The notes below the pieces were generated by a model that had not been told where the DNA came from, did no database searches, and was given only the letters and a program-made list of their open reading frames with translations. Positions 55,091 through 64,000 of a stretch of DNA of 64,000 nt are shown here, piece by piece. A program made the position numbers and the translations under genes. How positions within the stretch are numbered: the stretch's first letter is position 1; every line of letters begins with the position of its first letter. Source of the stretch: a virus; IMG/VR virus record IMGVR_UViG_3300029258_001308, positions 12,806-76,805 of that record. The stretch is one strand, 5' to 3'.

Positions 55091-56913
55091 CGATTTCTAG
55101 CTAGTGTCATCAGATCGTCCATGAAGTCACCCATATCTTCGTGGAGTCTCTTTCTCCCCTTCATGACATAGCTTTCGAATGATGTAGCAAAGAACTCCTG
55201 GCTGTTGGTTGTTCCGTACTGATTAGGTGACAGCCTACCGGCATGTCTGAGCTTATGCCACCCCCCGGCTTCCTTGAGAGCTTCCTGCTGTCTTTTCCAT
55301 AACCCTTCAAATCGTTTGCGAAGATCCTTCAGCTTCTTGCTTTTTCCGAGCCTCTGATGAAGACCAGAGCTAACATAGTCACGAGCATGTCCTTCAGGAC
55401 CACCGATTGACAGGATTGAATCAAGAGCATGACCCATCTCATGACCTAAGACGTTCTCCCTGGTGAAGGTGTTCTGTACAACATTTTTCACGTTGATCTG
55501 TCTAAGAGATGGAGTGTAGGTCCCGGCATAGATAGGGTTATTATTCAGTAGTACATCCTTTGGAATGTACCCCAGTACATCGATCGAAGGTTCTACCATC
55601 TCTCGCATGCCTTCGGGCAAACCTTCAATTATGTTGTCCCAGTTTTTCCGAAACAACTTCTTGGTCCCCTCGTCCATACCACGCCCAAAATCAGTGACCA
55701 CATCATCAAAGTAGGCCTTGAGGTCATCGGCTGACTGAGACGAAGGTAGCTCAGGAACAACAGGCTCAGAAGTAGGAGGAGTGGCCTCGGGAGCAGGCTC
55801 TCGCACAGGCTTTTTTCTTGCTATTCTTCTGGCTCTTCTCCTCTCACGTTGTCTTCGAAGGCGCTCCTCCCTTTGCTCGGGGGTCTCTGTTGCTTTCCTC
55901 TTCTCTCGTCTCTCTTTCTGTCTCTTCTTCAGATTGTCGACTTGCTCTGGAGTCATGTCACTTCGTCTGGCTCCATGCCAAGCGTCCTCGGTTACGATCA
56001 GCTTGTCGATGACTGGGATGAGCGTGCATCTGCAATTGCACACTAGGCTAGCTGAACCTACTCCAGGCCTTATCTGTCCCGATGGATACGTGTCTCCAAG
56101 TTTCGTCGGTCCTGCCAACGCATTGGCGCGATGAGCGTCTCGAACCTTGCTGTCTCTGGCCGTAAGCCATCGAGCGTTCTCCAGCCCACCACGTTCGTAG
56201 GTCTCGAACCTCGCTGAGTTGGCGATGGTCTGAACCTCTGTCCTAGCGATGGTTGGTATGTTCTGCTTCTCGAACTTGGAGTGGATACCTCGAATGTCGT
56301 CCATGAGCTGGAGCGGGTTCTTCCCTTCAAGGAAGGCCCCTCTAGCGATGGTCATCCGCAGATCATCAAAGACCCGATCGGATACGTTGAAGGACAGAAG
56401 GTTGGCTCTCTCCTCTAACGCATCAAGAACTTCGGGGTCTCGGAGCCGGAAGTCGATTCGCTTCCCGGTGATGGCTCGGTTAGCACGTTCTGCGGCATCT
56501 TCGAAGTTGGCGAGACCCTCGCGATTCAGATGACGCTCGAGTCGAGTCATCAACCTCTTCTCTTCCGCGCGACTGGTGATTGGCTCGAGAACGAGCTGTG
56601 TCTCGAGAAGTGCATCATCTTCTATGTCCTTCTTGAGGCCACGCTCCTTACGCCACTTTGTCGCGATGTCAACGACCTTCGGGAGGATTCGTTCGAACGC
56701 CTTCTCCTGTCGAGCCTTCTCCTGAGCCCACCAGCTCTGGAGCACTGCTCGAAGACGAGCAGACCACTTGTCGTCCCTCTTCTGCTCAACCTGCCCGTAG
56801 GCAGTGAACCGACGCTGGGAGACCCGTTGGGCCTTAGTCCTCGTCGTCGGTATCGAGCGGGAGGCCGTCAAGAGCCTCACTGATTCTGCGCTCAAACTCG
56901 TCATCTTCCTCAT
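55078..56913 (-). CDS. MuF/SPP1 gp7-like minor head protein with C-terminal zincin metallopeptidase
   Basis: IARTE, WLTARD.KVRDAH, CNCRC; HEMGH...YG.TN..EFFA. Confidence 0.85.
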   Translation of the reverse strand: MRKMTSLSAESVRLLTASRSIPTTRTKAQRVSQRRFTAYGQVEQKRDDKWSARLRAVLQSWWAQEKARQEKAFERILPKVVDIATKWRKERGLKKDIEDDALLETQLVLEPITSRAEEKRLMTRLERHLNREGLANFEDAAERANRAITGKRIDFRLRDPEVLDALEERANLLSFNVSDRVFDDLRMTIARGAFLEGKNPLQLMDDIRGIHSKFEKQNIPTIARTEVQTIANSARFETYERGGLENARWLTARDSKVRDAHRANALAGPTKLGDTYPSGQIRPGVGSASLVCNCRCTLIPVIDKLIVTEDAWHGARRSDMTPEQVDNLKKRQKERREKRKATETPEQREERLRRQRERRRARRIARKKPVREPAPEATPPTSEPVVPELPSSQSADDLKAYFDDVVTDFGRGMDEGTKKLFRKNWDNIIEGLPEGMREMVEPSIDVLGYIPKDVLLNNNPIYAGTYTPSLRQINVKNVVQNTFTRENVLGHEMGHALDSILSIGGPEGHARDYVSSGLHQRLGKSKKLKDLRKRFEGLWKRQQEALKEAGGWHKLRHAGRLSPNQYGTTNSQEFFATSFESYVMKGRKRLHEDMGDFMDDLMTLARNRWVD

Positions 56914-58318
56914 AGTCCTCGAGTGACTGGATCACTTCCTGCTCGAGAGGCTTATCTCCCCATGGTACTGGGTCCTTTCCGAGATAGTCAGCTCGAGCCT
57001 CGTTGATTGTGATCGTCTTGTGCTTGAGCCATCCCCAAGCGATCTTCGCCTGTCTCTCCTCGTCCTTGATGTCGAGGTCGGCGAACTCGAAGCGCCAGTC
57101 ACGAAATCCGAACCCGTCCCTGACGATCTTCTCGGTGAAGATCTCTTCGAGTATGCTCTGACGCTTGTCGATGACAGACCTCTTGTAGGTCTCCATCTGC
57201 TCGTCGTTTGATGACCCGCCGAGAGCACCCTTCTTCTGAATCATCACGCGATGCGGAGGAACCTGCTCGGCCCGGATGATCTCGTCGGTGTTCTGCTCCT
57301 TGAACTTCTGCCAGCTGGCGTCGGTCATGTCAACCCACAGCGGCTTGAACGTAACCTTCACCCCCTCTGGAAGTGACATGACCAGAGCACGGTGTGGCTT
57401 GCCTTTGATGTTCCTCTTGAAGTACTGCTTCACGTAGTCCTGGGTCTTCTGTCCCACCGTCTTCTTACCTTCGAAGATGACGGCGTACTCCGGGACCGCA
57501 TGATTCTCGAAGAAGTCCAGATTGAAGTCGCGAGCCTCCAAGTTACCCAGCAGAGCACCCAGAGCCGGAATGATGTCAGGAACCCCGTACCATTTGTTGG
57601 TCGGGTCGTACAGAGCCATCTGGATGATCTCGTTGGTGGAGGGCAGCATCCCCAGCTTGTCGTCGACCTGTCCTGTCTTCGGGTTCATGAAAGTAGTGTC
57701 GACGATTTCACCAGCCTTGTTGCGCTTGACTTTCTGGCCAAACTTCTGGAAGTAGACCTTCTTCCCGGTCCCTCTTCCATCGCCGACCACCTGGACGTAC
57801 CCAAGGTTCGCGGGTTTCCGCACTCGCATTTGCCGAGAAGGCGCGTGATCCAGGACAGCCGGCTCGCCCATCAGGTTTCTGGCTACCTCTAGCCACCCGT
57901 TACCGGTGGCCTCCATGTCGATGAGAACCGAGTCCACGACCTGGGTGAAGGTCTTGTCTTCGTGGCACTTCGCAAGGAACTCCATGACTCGATCGTACTC
58001 TTCGGACGAGGCCTGCTTCGGGTCTTCGGTCAGGGGTACAAGATCATACCCCAGACCTCCCGTGTCATGCGCCTTCGCCTTCACGCACGCCGCGTGATCA
58101 GAGTTCTTGTGTAGAAACGCCGTGAGCGACTTGGGATTGTACGGCGGGTCTATCCAGTCCTTCTGATCGTAGTCGTCACGCTGTTCAAGGCGTGACGATG
58201 GTCCCGCGGTGGCGTCGATCGACTTGACGAAGTCCTCAGCCGGAACGAGTTCACCCTCGCCGGTCATGAACATCGTCTCTAGTTCGACGACTTCATCTTC
58301 TCTCTGATCATCACCCAT
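56834..58318 (-). CDS. Portal protein (PBSX/HK97-like)
   Basis: IDPPYNP, D...TGNGWLEV.R, YGVP, FFEN.A.P, ITINEAR..LG..P...GD. Confidence 0.9.
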   Translation of the reverse strand: MGDDQREDEVVELETMFMTGEGELVPAEDFVKSIDATAGPSSRLEQRDDYDQKDWIDPPYNPKSLTAFLHKNSDHAACVKAKAHDTGGLGYDLVPLTEDPKQASSEEYDRVMEFLAKCHEDKTFTQVVDSVLIDMEATGNGWLEVARNLMGEPAVLDHAPSRQMRVRKPANLGYVQVVGDGRGTGKKVYFQKFGQKVKRNKAGEIVDTTFMNPKTGQVDDKLGMLPSTNEIIQMALYDPTNKWYGVPDIIPALGALLGNLEARDFNLDFFENHAVPEYAVIFEGKKTVGQKTQDYVKQYFKRNIKGKPHRALVMSLPEGVKVTFKPLWVDMTDASWQKFKEQNTDEIIRAEQVPPHRVMIQKKGALGGSSNDEQMETYKRSVIDKRQSILEEIFTEKIVRDGFGFRDWRFEFADLDIKDEERQAKIAWGWLKHKTITINEARADYLGKDPVPWGDKPLEQEVIQSLEDYEEDDEFERRISEALDGLPLDTDDED

Positions 58319-58634
58319 CTGTGGACTCCAGCAGTTTGGCCTTGGCGGCCCGTTCCCGCAAGTGGAGGTACATACCCTGTGACAGCCCGATCAACTTCTC
58401 GGGGAGACCCTTGGCAAACTCAGCCAGTCGGGCCGGGTCTGCTTTTACCTCCCCGTCTTCCTTCACGTAGCTCCCATCTACTACTCGGAAGATAGTCGGG
58501 TCTTCCGAGTCCTTCTCAAATATGACCACGGCCTTTTCGGCCGAGATGTAGGCCGGCGGCTTGTTGTGATTGCAGCCGGTCGCTAGCAGGAGGACCAGCG
58601 CACTACAAATCTTGCAGATCGTGGAATAGCGCAT
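58311..58634 (-). CDS. Lipoprotein, possible o-spanin
   Basis: Lipobox LATGC; overlaps a small TM gene. Confidence 0.55.
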   Translation of the reverse strand: MRYSTICKICSALVLLLATGCNHNKPPAYISAEKAVVIFEKDSEDPTIFRVVDGSYVKEDGEVKADPARLAEFAKGLPEKLIGLSQGMYLHLRERAAKAKLLESTDG

Positions 58635-58785
58635 CTGGGTCCATCTCCCCAACGGCCTTGGTCGATCTTCGCAGCGTCTTCGCGAAGACATCCTCGGCCT
58701 GTTCCTTTCTCCTTCTCTTCCGCTCTTCTGGGTCGAGCCAGAAAGCGACGAGCAGGAGAACCAGTTTCAGTACAAGCGTCCCCAT
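58603..58785 (-). CDS. Small membrane protein, possible i-spanin
   Basis: N-terminal TM plus charged tail. Confidence 0.45.
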   Translation of the reverse strand: MGTLVLKLVLLLVAFWLDPEERKRRRKEQAEDVFAKTLRRSTKAVGEMDPDALFHDLQDL

Positions 58786-58791
58786 CGGGTA

Positions 58792-59295
58792 TCAGCCTCC
58801 GACCTTGGCGTTCCCGATGACACGCGCCAACAGCTTGTTGAGTCCTGCCCGGCCCATCTCGACCACCAGCTTCTTGGCCGGGTCCTTCGCCTTCTCGAGT
58901 ACGCGTTCCCAGGTGTCGTTCTGCAAGTTCTCGATCTCGTCCTTGGTGAGCTTGCCGTCCTCGGCGGCGGTCTTCATGCCGCGCACCTTCTCGACGTAAA
59001 GCTCTTCGGCCACGTTCTCCAGTACCTCGATCACTTCGATCTTGGCGTTCTGCAGGGCGGTCTCTCTTGGACCGTCAATCAATTTGTACTTGGCCTTGGC
59101 CAAGCCCCACAGAGTGATGACCAAGCCGATGAGCGCCTCGGCGATCACGGGTATGTACTTCACCCAGAACGCCTCGACTACTACCTCAGGCTCGGTCACG
59201 ACCGGAGTCGCAACCTCCTCTCCCATTGCCACTCCCGCGAACGTCATCATCGCAACGACGATCAGGAGCGCCCAGCTAACCCATCGACTTCTCAT
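58792..59295 (-). CDS. Holin-like membrane protein
   Basis: Signal-like N-terminus, second TM, DGKLTKDE helical C-terminus. Confidence 0.5.
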   Translation of the reverse strand: MRSRWVSWALLIVVAMMTFAGVAMGEEVATPVVTEPEVVVEAFWVKYIPVIAEALIGLVITLWGLAKAKYKLIDGPRETALQNAKIEVIEVLENVAEELYVEKVRGMKTAAEDGKLTKDEIENLQNDTWERVLEKAKDPAKKLVVEMGRAGLNKLLARVIGNAKVGG

Positions 59296-61442
59296 TCGTC
59301 ACCTCCCTCAAGGATTTCGAGGTCTTTCAACCTCTTCGTACTTTCGTCAGGCACGATGACTCTCTTCCTGTAGCCCATCGTGTCGATCACGATTTCCCAA
59401 GCCTGCTCATCGTCTTCGAACTGCGCCGACCTGATGAGAGCCAGCTCGAAATATCCGTTCGAGTCGGTTGTGACCTCGATCTCGTTCTGCTCGACCAGTT
59501 CCCCGGAGGCAAGCCTGAAAGGCTCCTCTCCGTTGAGATAGGCTCGAACAGTGATGTCCGCCAGGTCGGCACCCGACGCGTCTACTAACCACTCGTAGAC
59601 CGTGCACATCGACGGGTCTGCCGGAGGCGTAGGAGTAAACGAAGTACCATAATAGGTAGCGGACGTCGCACCCGATACCGTCAGGTCCTCTGATGCAGCG
59701 AATGAGAACTGCCCACCTTTGCGACAACGAACCTTGTAGTCCCCGTCGTCTAGAGTGAGACCGAGCTCTCCGTTCAGGTCCGTGTTCCCGACAGCCACCA
59801 CTACCGTGTCAGTAGCATCGTAGACCGTGACCTTCACGTCGGCAATGGGGGTCGTGGTAGCCGTCTCGTAGACGGTGATTGTCACGGCCCTTGACCCCCA
59901 TCCCGAAGTACGTTGCCACGAACCTGACCCGTGAGCTGAGGTCAAGGCTGCATCGACCACAACAGCGACAGCGACTGCTGAAGGAACGTCGGTCAGAGCC
60001 TTCCCTGCAGAGCCAGCAGCAGCATGTCCGGAGAGAGCTTCGTCCCAGACCGCATCGGCCACAGCATCGTAATCGATGGTCCCAGCTGCGGCATCGCTCA
60101 GGGCCTTCCCGGTAGAGCCAGCTGCAAGATGTGCCGAGAGGACCTCATCCCAAACCGTGTCTGCTATCACTGCTGCGGATGGTGCAGCCGGGATCGCGTC
60201 GATCTGGTCGCTGATATCCTTGAGGTCGTCACCGTCAGAGCCTCGGATCGCGGTCTCAGACGCAGTGATGGCCTTGTCAAGATTCGGGATGTTGGCTTCG
60301 ACGTTATCGGCCGCAGCAGCGCTGGCGGAGATGGCCTCAGCGTCAGCGATGATTCTAGAAGCCTCGTCGAACTGCATCTTGTCGGTCTGAACCTTGATGG
60401 CCGAGATGTCGTTGGCTGCGTCCACGACCTGGGAGGCCTTGAACTCGGTGAGCCCGACTGCGCCCTCTTCCCAGTATAACTCGAAGGTCAGCTCCTCCTC
60501 GGTGTCGGCAGCATTGACCTTGTAGTAGAACTCGTAGAGTCCTACGCCAGAACGCTCCGTCTTCAGGAACGTTGCGTATGCCGATGCGTCGAGCGCAGTT
60601 GTTAAGGCATAATCCTTATAGAGGTTAGCATTCCTTGATGTACCGGCCGAGTTGTAGACCTTCAACGCGAGATCGTTCGAGTCCGGGTCCTCCATCGATC
60701 CGGAGGCGTCCTTCAGTGCGAGCTTGACAAGAACCGTCTTATCACCAGAGGATGGGCGCTCCATGTACTTCGGGAGCGAGCTCGAGAGACGAGTGACGTT
60801 CGATATCCCGTCAACCGTTGTCTGGACAGCGGCGACCTCATCGGAGATATCCTTCAGATCATCACTGTCCCCGCCGCGGATATTTGCTTCCGTCGCCGAG
60901 AGAGACTGATCTACCCTCGAATCTATCTGATCGATCTCGTCGTCCTTGTCCGTCTTGACCGAGGAGCCCATGATATTGTTGGTCGGTAGCTTTCCCTGCA
61001 TCTCGTCGGTGTCGGCTTCTATCGCTACTACTCTTGGCTGCATGTCGCCTGTGTCGACTAGAGTAGCATCTGCTACACCGTCGACGACCTGGAGGTCGGC
61101 AGAGATCGAGGCTCCGATGGGTGTACCAACTCGGTCGTATATCTGCTTCTCCGTGATGGCTCGAACGTAAGCAAGGACGGATGCTTCATCCGCTCCTGCT
61201 CCTATAACTCTGAGGACGATCCAGCCGACAGTGTCCGTGTCCGTCGCATCAAGCGTTACTATGTAAACGCCTCCCGCCAACTCTGCCCACGCCCCGTCGC
61301 TTGGAGAAGCAAAAGCCCCTCCGTTCTTCGACAGCGTGATCGTCGGCGCAGCGACGCCAGTCTTCGGCGTGACATGGTCAGCCAGATCGAAAAGCTTTAT
61401 CGGGACGTCCTGACCCGCCGTTGCTTCTATGAGTGGAAACAT
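59292..61442 (-). CDS. Virion structural/fibre-like protein
   Basis: LSKNGGAF..G.Y...L...DTDT.G N-terminal domain; ADxVWDExLSxH..AGS.GKAL repeats; C-terminal beta-sandwich repeats. Confidence 0.65.
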   Translation of the reverse strand: MFPLIEATAGQDVPIKLFDLADHVTPKTGVAAPTITLSKNGGAFASPSDGAWAELAGGVYIVTLDATDTDTVGWIVLRVIGAGADEASVLAYVRAITEKQIYDRVGTPIGASISADLQVVDGVADATLVDTGDMQPRVVAIEADTDEMQGKLPTNNIMGSSVKTDKDDEIDQIDSRVDQSLSATEANIRGGDSDDLKDISDEVAAVQTTVDGISNVTRLSSSLPKYMERPSSGDKTVLVKLALKDASGSMEDPDSNDLALKVYNSAGTSRNANLYKDYALTTALDASAYATFLKTERSGVGLYEFYYKVNAADTEEELTFELYWEEGAVGLTEFKASQVVDAANDISAIKVQTDKMQFDEASRIIADAEAISASAAAADNVEANIPNLDKAITASETAIRGSDGDDLKDISDQIDAIPAAPSAAVIADTVWDEVLSAHLAAGSTGKALSDAAAGTIDYDAVADAVWDEALSGHAAAGSAGKALTDVPSAVAVAVVVDAALTSAHGSGSWQRTSGWGSRAVTITVYETATTTPIADVKVTVYDATDTVVVAVGNTDLNGELGLTLDDGDYKVRCRKGGQFSFAASEDLTVSGATSATYYGTSFTPTPPADPSMCTVYEWLVDASGADLADITVRAYLNGEEPFRLASGELVEQNEIEVTTDSNGYFELALIRSAQFEDDEQAWEIVIDTMGYRKRVIVPDESTKRLKDLEILEGGDE

Positions 61443-61443
61443 C

Positions 61444-64000
61444 TTACGCAAGCCCCCTATTGAACATGGCCGACATTCCACCTTCGGTCACTGCTTTCCC
61501 AGCTGCTCCTATATCCCACGGAGCGACACGAATCTTCCCGCTTATGTCTTTTATGAAGTCAGATGACAAGTCCGTTCCCGCCTGATAAAGCTCGCTGCTT
61601 ACGGTCGTGACATGGAAGTCACCATCCCCCGCGTCAACGACGAGCGCTGCATAGTTGTCCGCGCTCTGAGTGATCGAGACATTACCAGTACCAGCAACAC
61701 CGTCCTCCGTCGCGCAGTAGGTGAAGGTGCCGTAGGCGTCGTTGTAGATATCATCGTCGCAGTTGAAGACTGCACAGTTCGTGATGTCGCATGAGACCAT
61801 CGAGGAATCGTTGAGGAAGATACCTCTCCCGTTCCCAACGACTCCGTAGACAGTGCAATTCTCAAGTGCGAGTGACCGGGTCTGCGAGTAGACGATGATA
61901 CCCGCTCGATAGAAGTCGTACATGTAACAGTTGCGAATCTTGTAGTTCCCGCCTCCGTTCGTCCAGATACCATAGGTCATGCTGGTCCCGGAGTTAGAAA
62001 TCTCTCGACAGATACAGCCATCGATGACTATTTCATTATCGGTCGGTCGATCGATGGCAGCATTCCGATCGCCAATGCAGGTCGAGTACGAGCCTCCATT
62101 CGTGACTCCTACTTGCAGTCCCTCGATCGTGATGAAGTTGACATAGGGACGAAGAAGGCCACTGGCTCCGACCCCTTCGATACGATATGCGTCGCTTGTC
62201 CATTTTCCTACATGTCGTGCTCCGTCATCCTCGCAGTAGATTTTGATACGACACAGGTCGCTGGTAACCCAGGAATCTGACCGATCAATTACTCCAATCT
62301 CAACGTTCCCGGCCTCCGCACTCGCCCAGGCCCCTGATATCTTGGCGACGGCCACTTCGTTAAGACTGACCAGGTTTCTTTCTTCTCCTACCTCCCACGC
62401 AGCCAATGAGGTGTAGTCGCCGCCGCTCTCTTTCACGGTGCGCTCTACGATGCAGGGGGTGGCGGACGCCGCGTAGTCCCGCGAGAAGTCGCAGCCGATG
62501 GCGGGGTGGTAGACATTCGGCGCGGCGACGCCGTTCACGTCGTAGACCACGCCCGAGCCGATGCCGGCGTTGATGCACGGAGAATCCGCGTCCAGCATCC
62601 CGTCGGTGATCTTCGGATCGGCAACGACTTCGCCGCTGCTGTCAACGTTCGCCAGAGCCACAAACTCCGCTTGCGTCTTGTAGGTGTCGTCCGAGCGGCG
62701 GCGCGCGAAGGTCGCGTCCGTGCAATCGTAGTAGTAGTTATTGCGCAAGCGGACATCCGGCCCGATGACGGTCGCGGTGTCCCCGGGCCAGTCCCTCATC
62801 GCGTAGGCGCTCACGAACCCCTGGAAGATGCAGTCGGTGACCTCGGAATTGATCGAGGAGAGCATGAGCGCCACGCCCGTGCCCCTGCCCTCGAATGTAC
62901 AGTTTCGCCAGACGCAGATCGTTCCGTTGTGCAGATAGTTAGAACCGTTGGGAGTATCGAAGGTGCAGCGTTCGATCCTGTTCATCCGCGTACTGACCAG
63001 ACTCAGGCAACCTGCCCCGCTCACCGCGTCGCCAAAGGCGCAGTCGTGGACCCAAGTATGCCAAGCATACGCCAGCTTCACCTGTTCGGCAGGGCCGCCC
63101 GAGAAATGGAGATCATCCAGCTCGACAACGTCATTAACCCCGCTCCACGTCTTCAGGAGCGTGGCGCTCGCGCTGCCCGTAACCTTGAGGTGACGCAGCA
63201 CGAAGCCGTCGCAGTTAATGTAAAGCCCGTTGGTTCCGCCGGCCGCAGCGAGAATCATGTCGTCGCGGTCGTCGTCGGGGTCGCCCTCAATGACGAGTTG
63301 ATGACATCTGGCGGCAGACGGATTCAACGAAGCATTCGGGGTGATATCATTCTCGGTGTAGGTGCCCGCGAAGATGCGAATGAACTGCGATGCTGCGAAC
63401 TCGGTCGAGCCCTGGTCTGTCCAGAGCTGGTCGAGCGCGGCCTGCACGGTGCTCCAGGCGTCGTAGATGTCGAGATCGTCGGTGTCGAGCCACGCGGCAA
63501 GGCTGCCCTCAAGCGTGACCGTGGTGTCGTTGTGGCTGACAATGGCCCGCGTCTCGGCGCGGGTCGCGTTGGTGACATATCCCCCGGCGAAGGCGTCGGC
63601 CGTGCCGAGGCCGCCGGTGGTGAGCGTGACCACCTGCCCGGCCGGACCCCCCGACTGGGTATCGTTGTTATGCGTCGGAGAGGACTTGACCGCGTAGAGC
63701 CCGGTGCCCGAGTAAGCGATATTGGCCGGCAGCGCCTTCTTCAGCAGCCGCATCCGGAGAGAGGCCATCTCGATCTTGAAGCGCGCGGCCTCTGCCGCCT
63801 CCTCGCTCAGCTGCTCGGTCGGGTCGAGCTCCATGTCGGCGAGGGTGGTGGTGCCGTCGAGCGAGGGCCAGAGCGCGCCCCACTCGTCTTCGTCGGTGAC
63901 CGGGACCAGCGCGCCCCGCTCCACCTTGACCCGGCGCTTTCGGACGAGCTGGAGCATGGCCGCACTGAGGGCGAACCGCTTGCAGCGCCAGAAGCCCCGG
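61444..64000 (-). CDS. Beta-helix (pectin-lyase-like) spike/fibre protein; 5' end outside window
   Basis: STVQAA..GTY.E, DYTSL.AWE, I.NC/ENCT repeats, DIGA terminus; frame open to 64000. Confidence 0.65.
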   Translation of the reverse strand, partial: RGFWRCKRFALSAAMLQLVRKRRVKVERGALVPVTDEDEWGALWPSLDGTTTLADMELDPTEQLSEEAAEAARFKIEMASLRMRLLKKALPANIAYSGTGLYAVKSSPTHNNDTQSGGPAGQVVTLTTGGLGTADAFAGGYVTNATRAETRAIVSHNDTTVTLEGSLAAWLDTDDLDIYDAWSTVQAALDQLWTDQGSTEFAASQFIRIFAGTYTENDITPNASLNPSAARCHQLVIEGDPDDDRDDMILAAAGGTNGLYINCDGFVLRHLKVTGSASATLLKTWSGVNDVVELDDLHFSGGPAEQVKLAYAWHTWVHDCAFGDAVSGAGCLSLVSTRMNRIERCTFDTPNGSNYLHNGTICVWRNCTFEGRGTGVALMLSSINSEVTDCIFQGFVSAYAMRDWPGDTATVIGPDVRLRNNYYYDCTDATFARRRSDDTYKTQAEFVALANVDSSGEVVADPKITDGMLDADSPCINAGIGSGVVYDVNGVAAPNVYHPAIGCDFSRDYAASATPCIVERTVKESGGDYTSLAAWEVGEERNLVSLNEVAVAKISGAWASAEAGNVEIGVIDRSDSWVTSDLCRIKIYCEDDGARHVGKWTSDAYRIEGVGASGLLRPYVNFITIEGLQVGVTNGGSYSTCIGDRNAAIDRPTDNEIVIDGCICREISNSGTSMTYGIWTNGGGNYKIRNCYMYDFYRAGIIVYSQTRSLALENCTVYGVVGNGRGIFLNDSSMVSCDITNCAVFNCDDDIYNDAYGTFTYCATEDGVAGTGNVSITQSADNYAALVVDAGDGDFHVTTVSSELYQAGTDLSSDFIKDISGKIRVAPWDIGAAGKAVTEGGMSAMFNRGLA

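Noticed and set aside
1-64000. tRNA/rRNA genes, integrase, IS elements, inteins, introns
   Set aside because: None recognised by eye; polymerase and helicase reading frames are uninterrupted. tRNAscan/Infernal were not run.
1-64000. Apparent abundance of TCGA/GATC/CTCGAG sites as proof of base modification
   Set aside because: Not quantifiable by eye, and explainable by codon usage (ATC/CTC/GTC followed by GAx).

Overview
The window is part of a large, GC-rich tailed dsDNA phage genome with siphovirus-type tail genes, arranged as two convergent arms. The + strand (1-30475) carries small accessory genes, then a replication/recombination module: SNF2-type helicase, PD-(D/E)XK nuclease, Sak4-like ATPase, DUF669-type SSB, TOPRIM primase fused to an MCM-type helicase, and a family A polymerase. 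Inside that module sits a nucleotide-modification block with three thymidylate-synthase-fold genes (a fourth lies at the window start), a dimeric dUTPase/dCTPase, a DUF1599 protein, UDG and dCMP deaminase. The arm ends in a cluster of lysine-rich, probably early genes. The - strand (30723-64000) is the morphogenesis operon: fibre/spike-like genes, lysis-like membrane genes, portal, MuF, protease-scaffold, capsid, neck, tail tube, chaperone with a -1 frameshift, tape measure, Dit and tail tip. Modification enzymes are interleaved with these structural genes: four GT9 heptosyltransferase-like domains, a GT2, a SAM methyltransferase, a B12 radical SAM enzyme, an HldE-type kinase and a SCIFF/CteB-like RRE-radical SAM-SPASM maturase. 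The most striking signal is that this maturase lies directly behind a tail-tip protein carrying an internal 21-Cys CxxxC(E) ranthipeptide-like tract, suggesting RiPP-style thioether crosslinking of a virion protein alongside predicted virion glycosylation. All calls come from reading motifs by eye; no searches were run.
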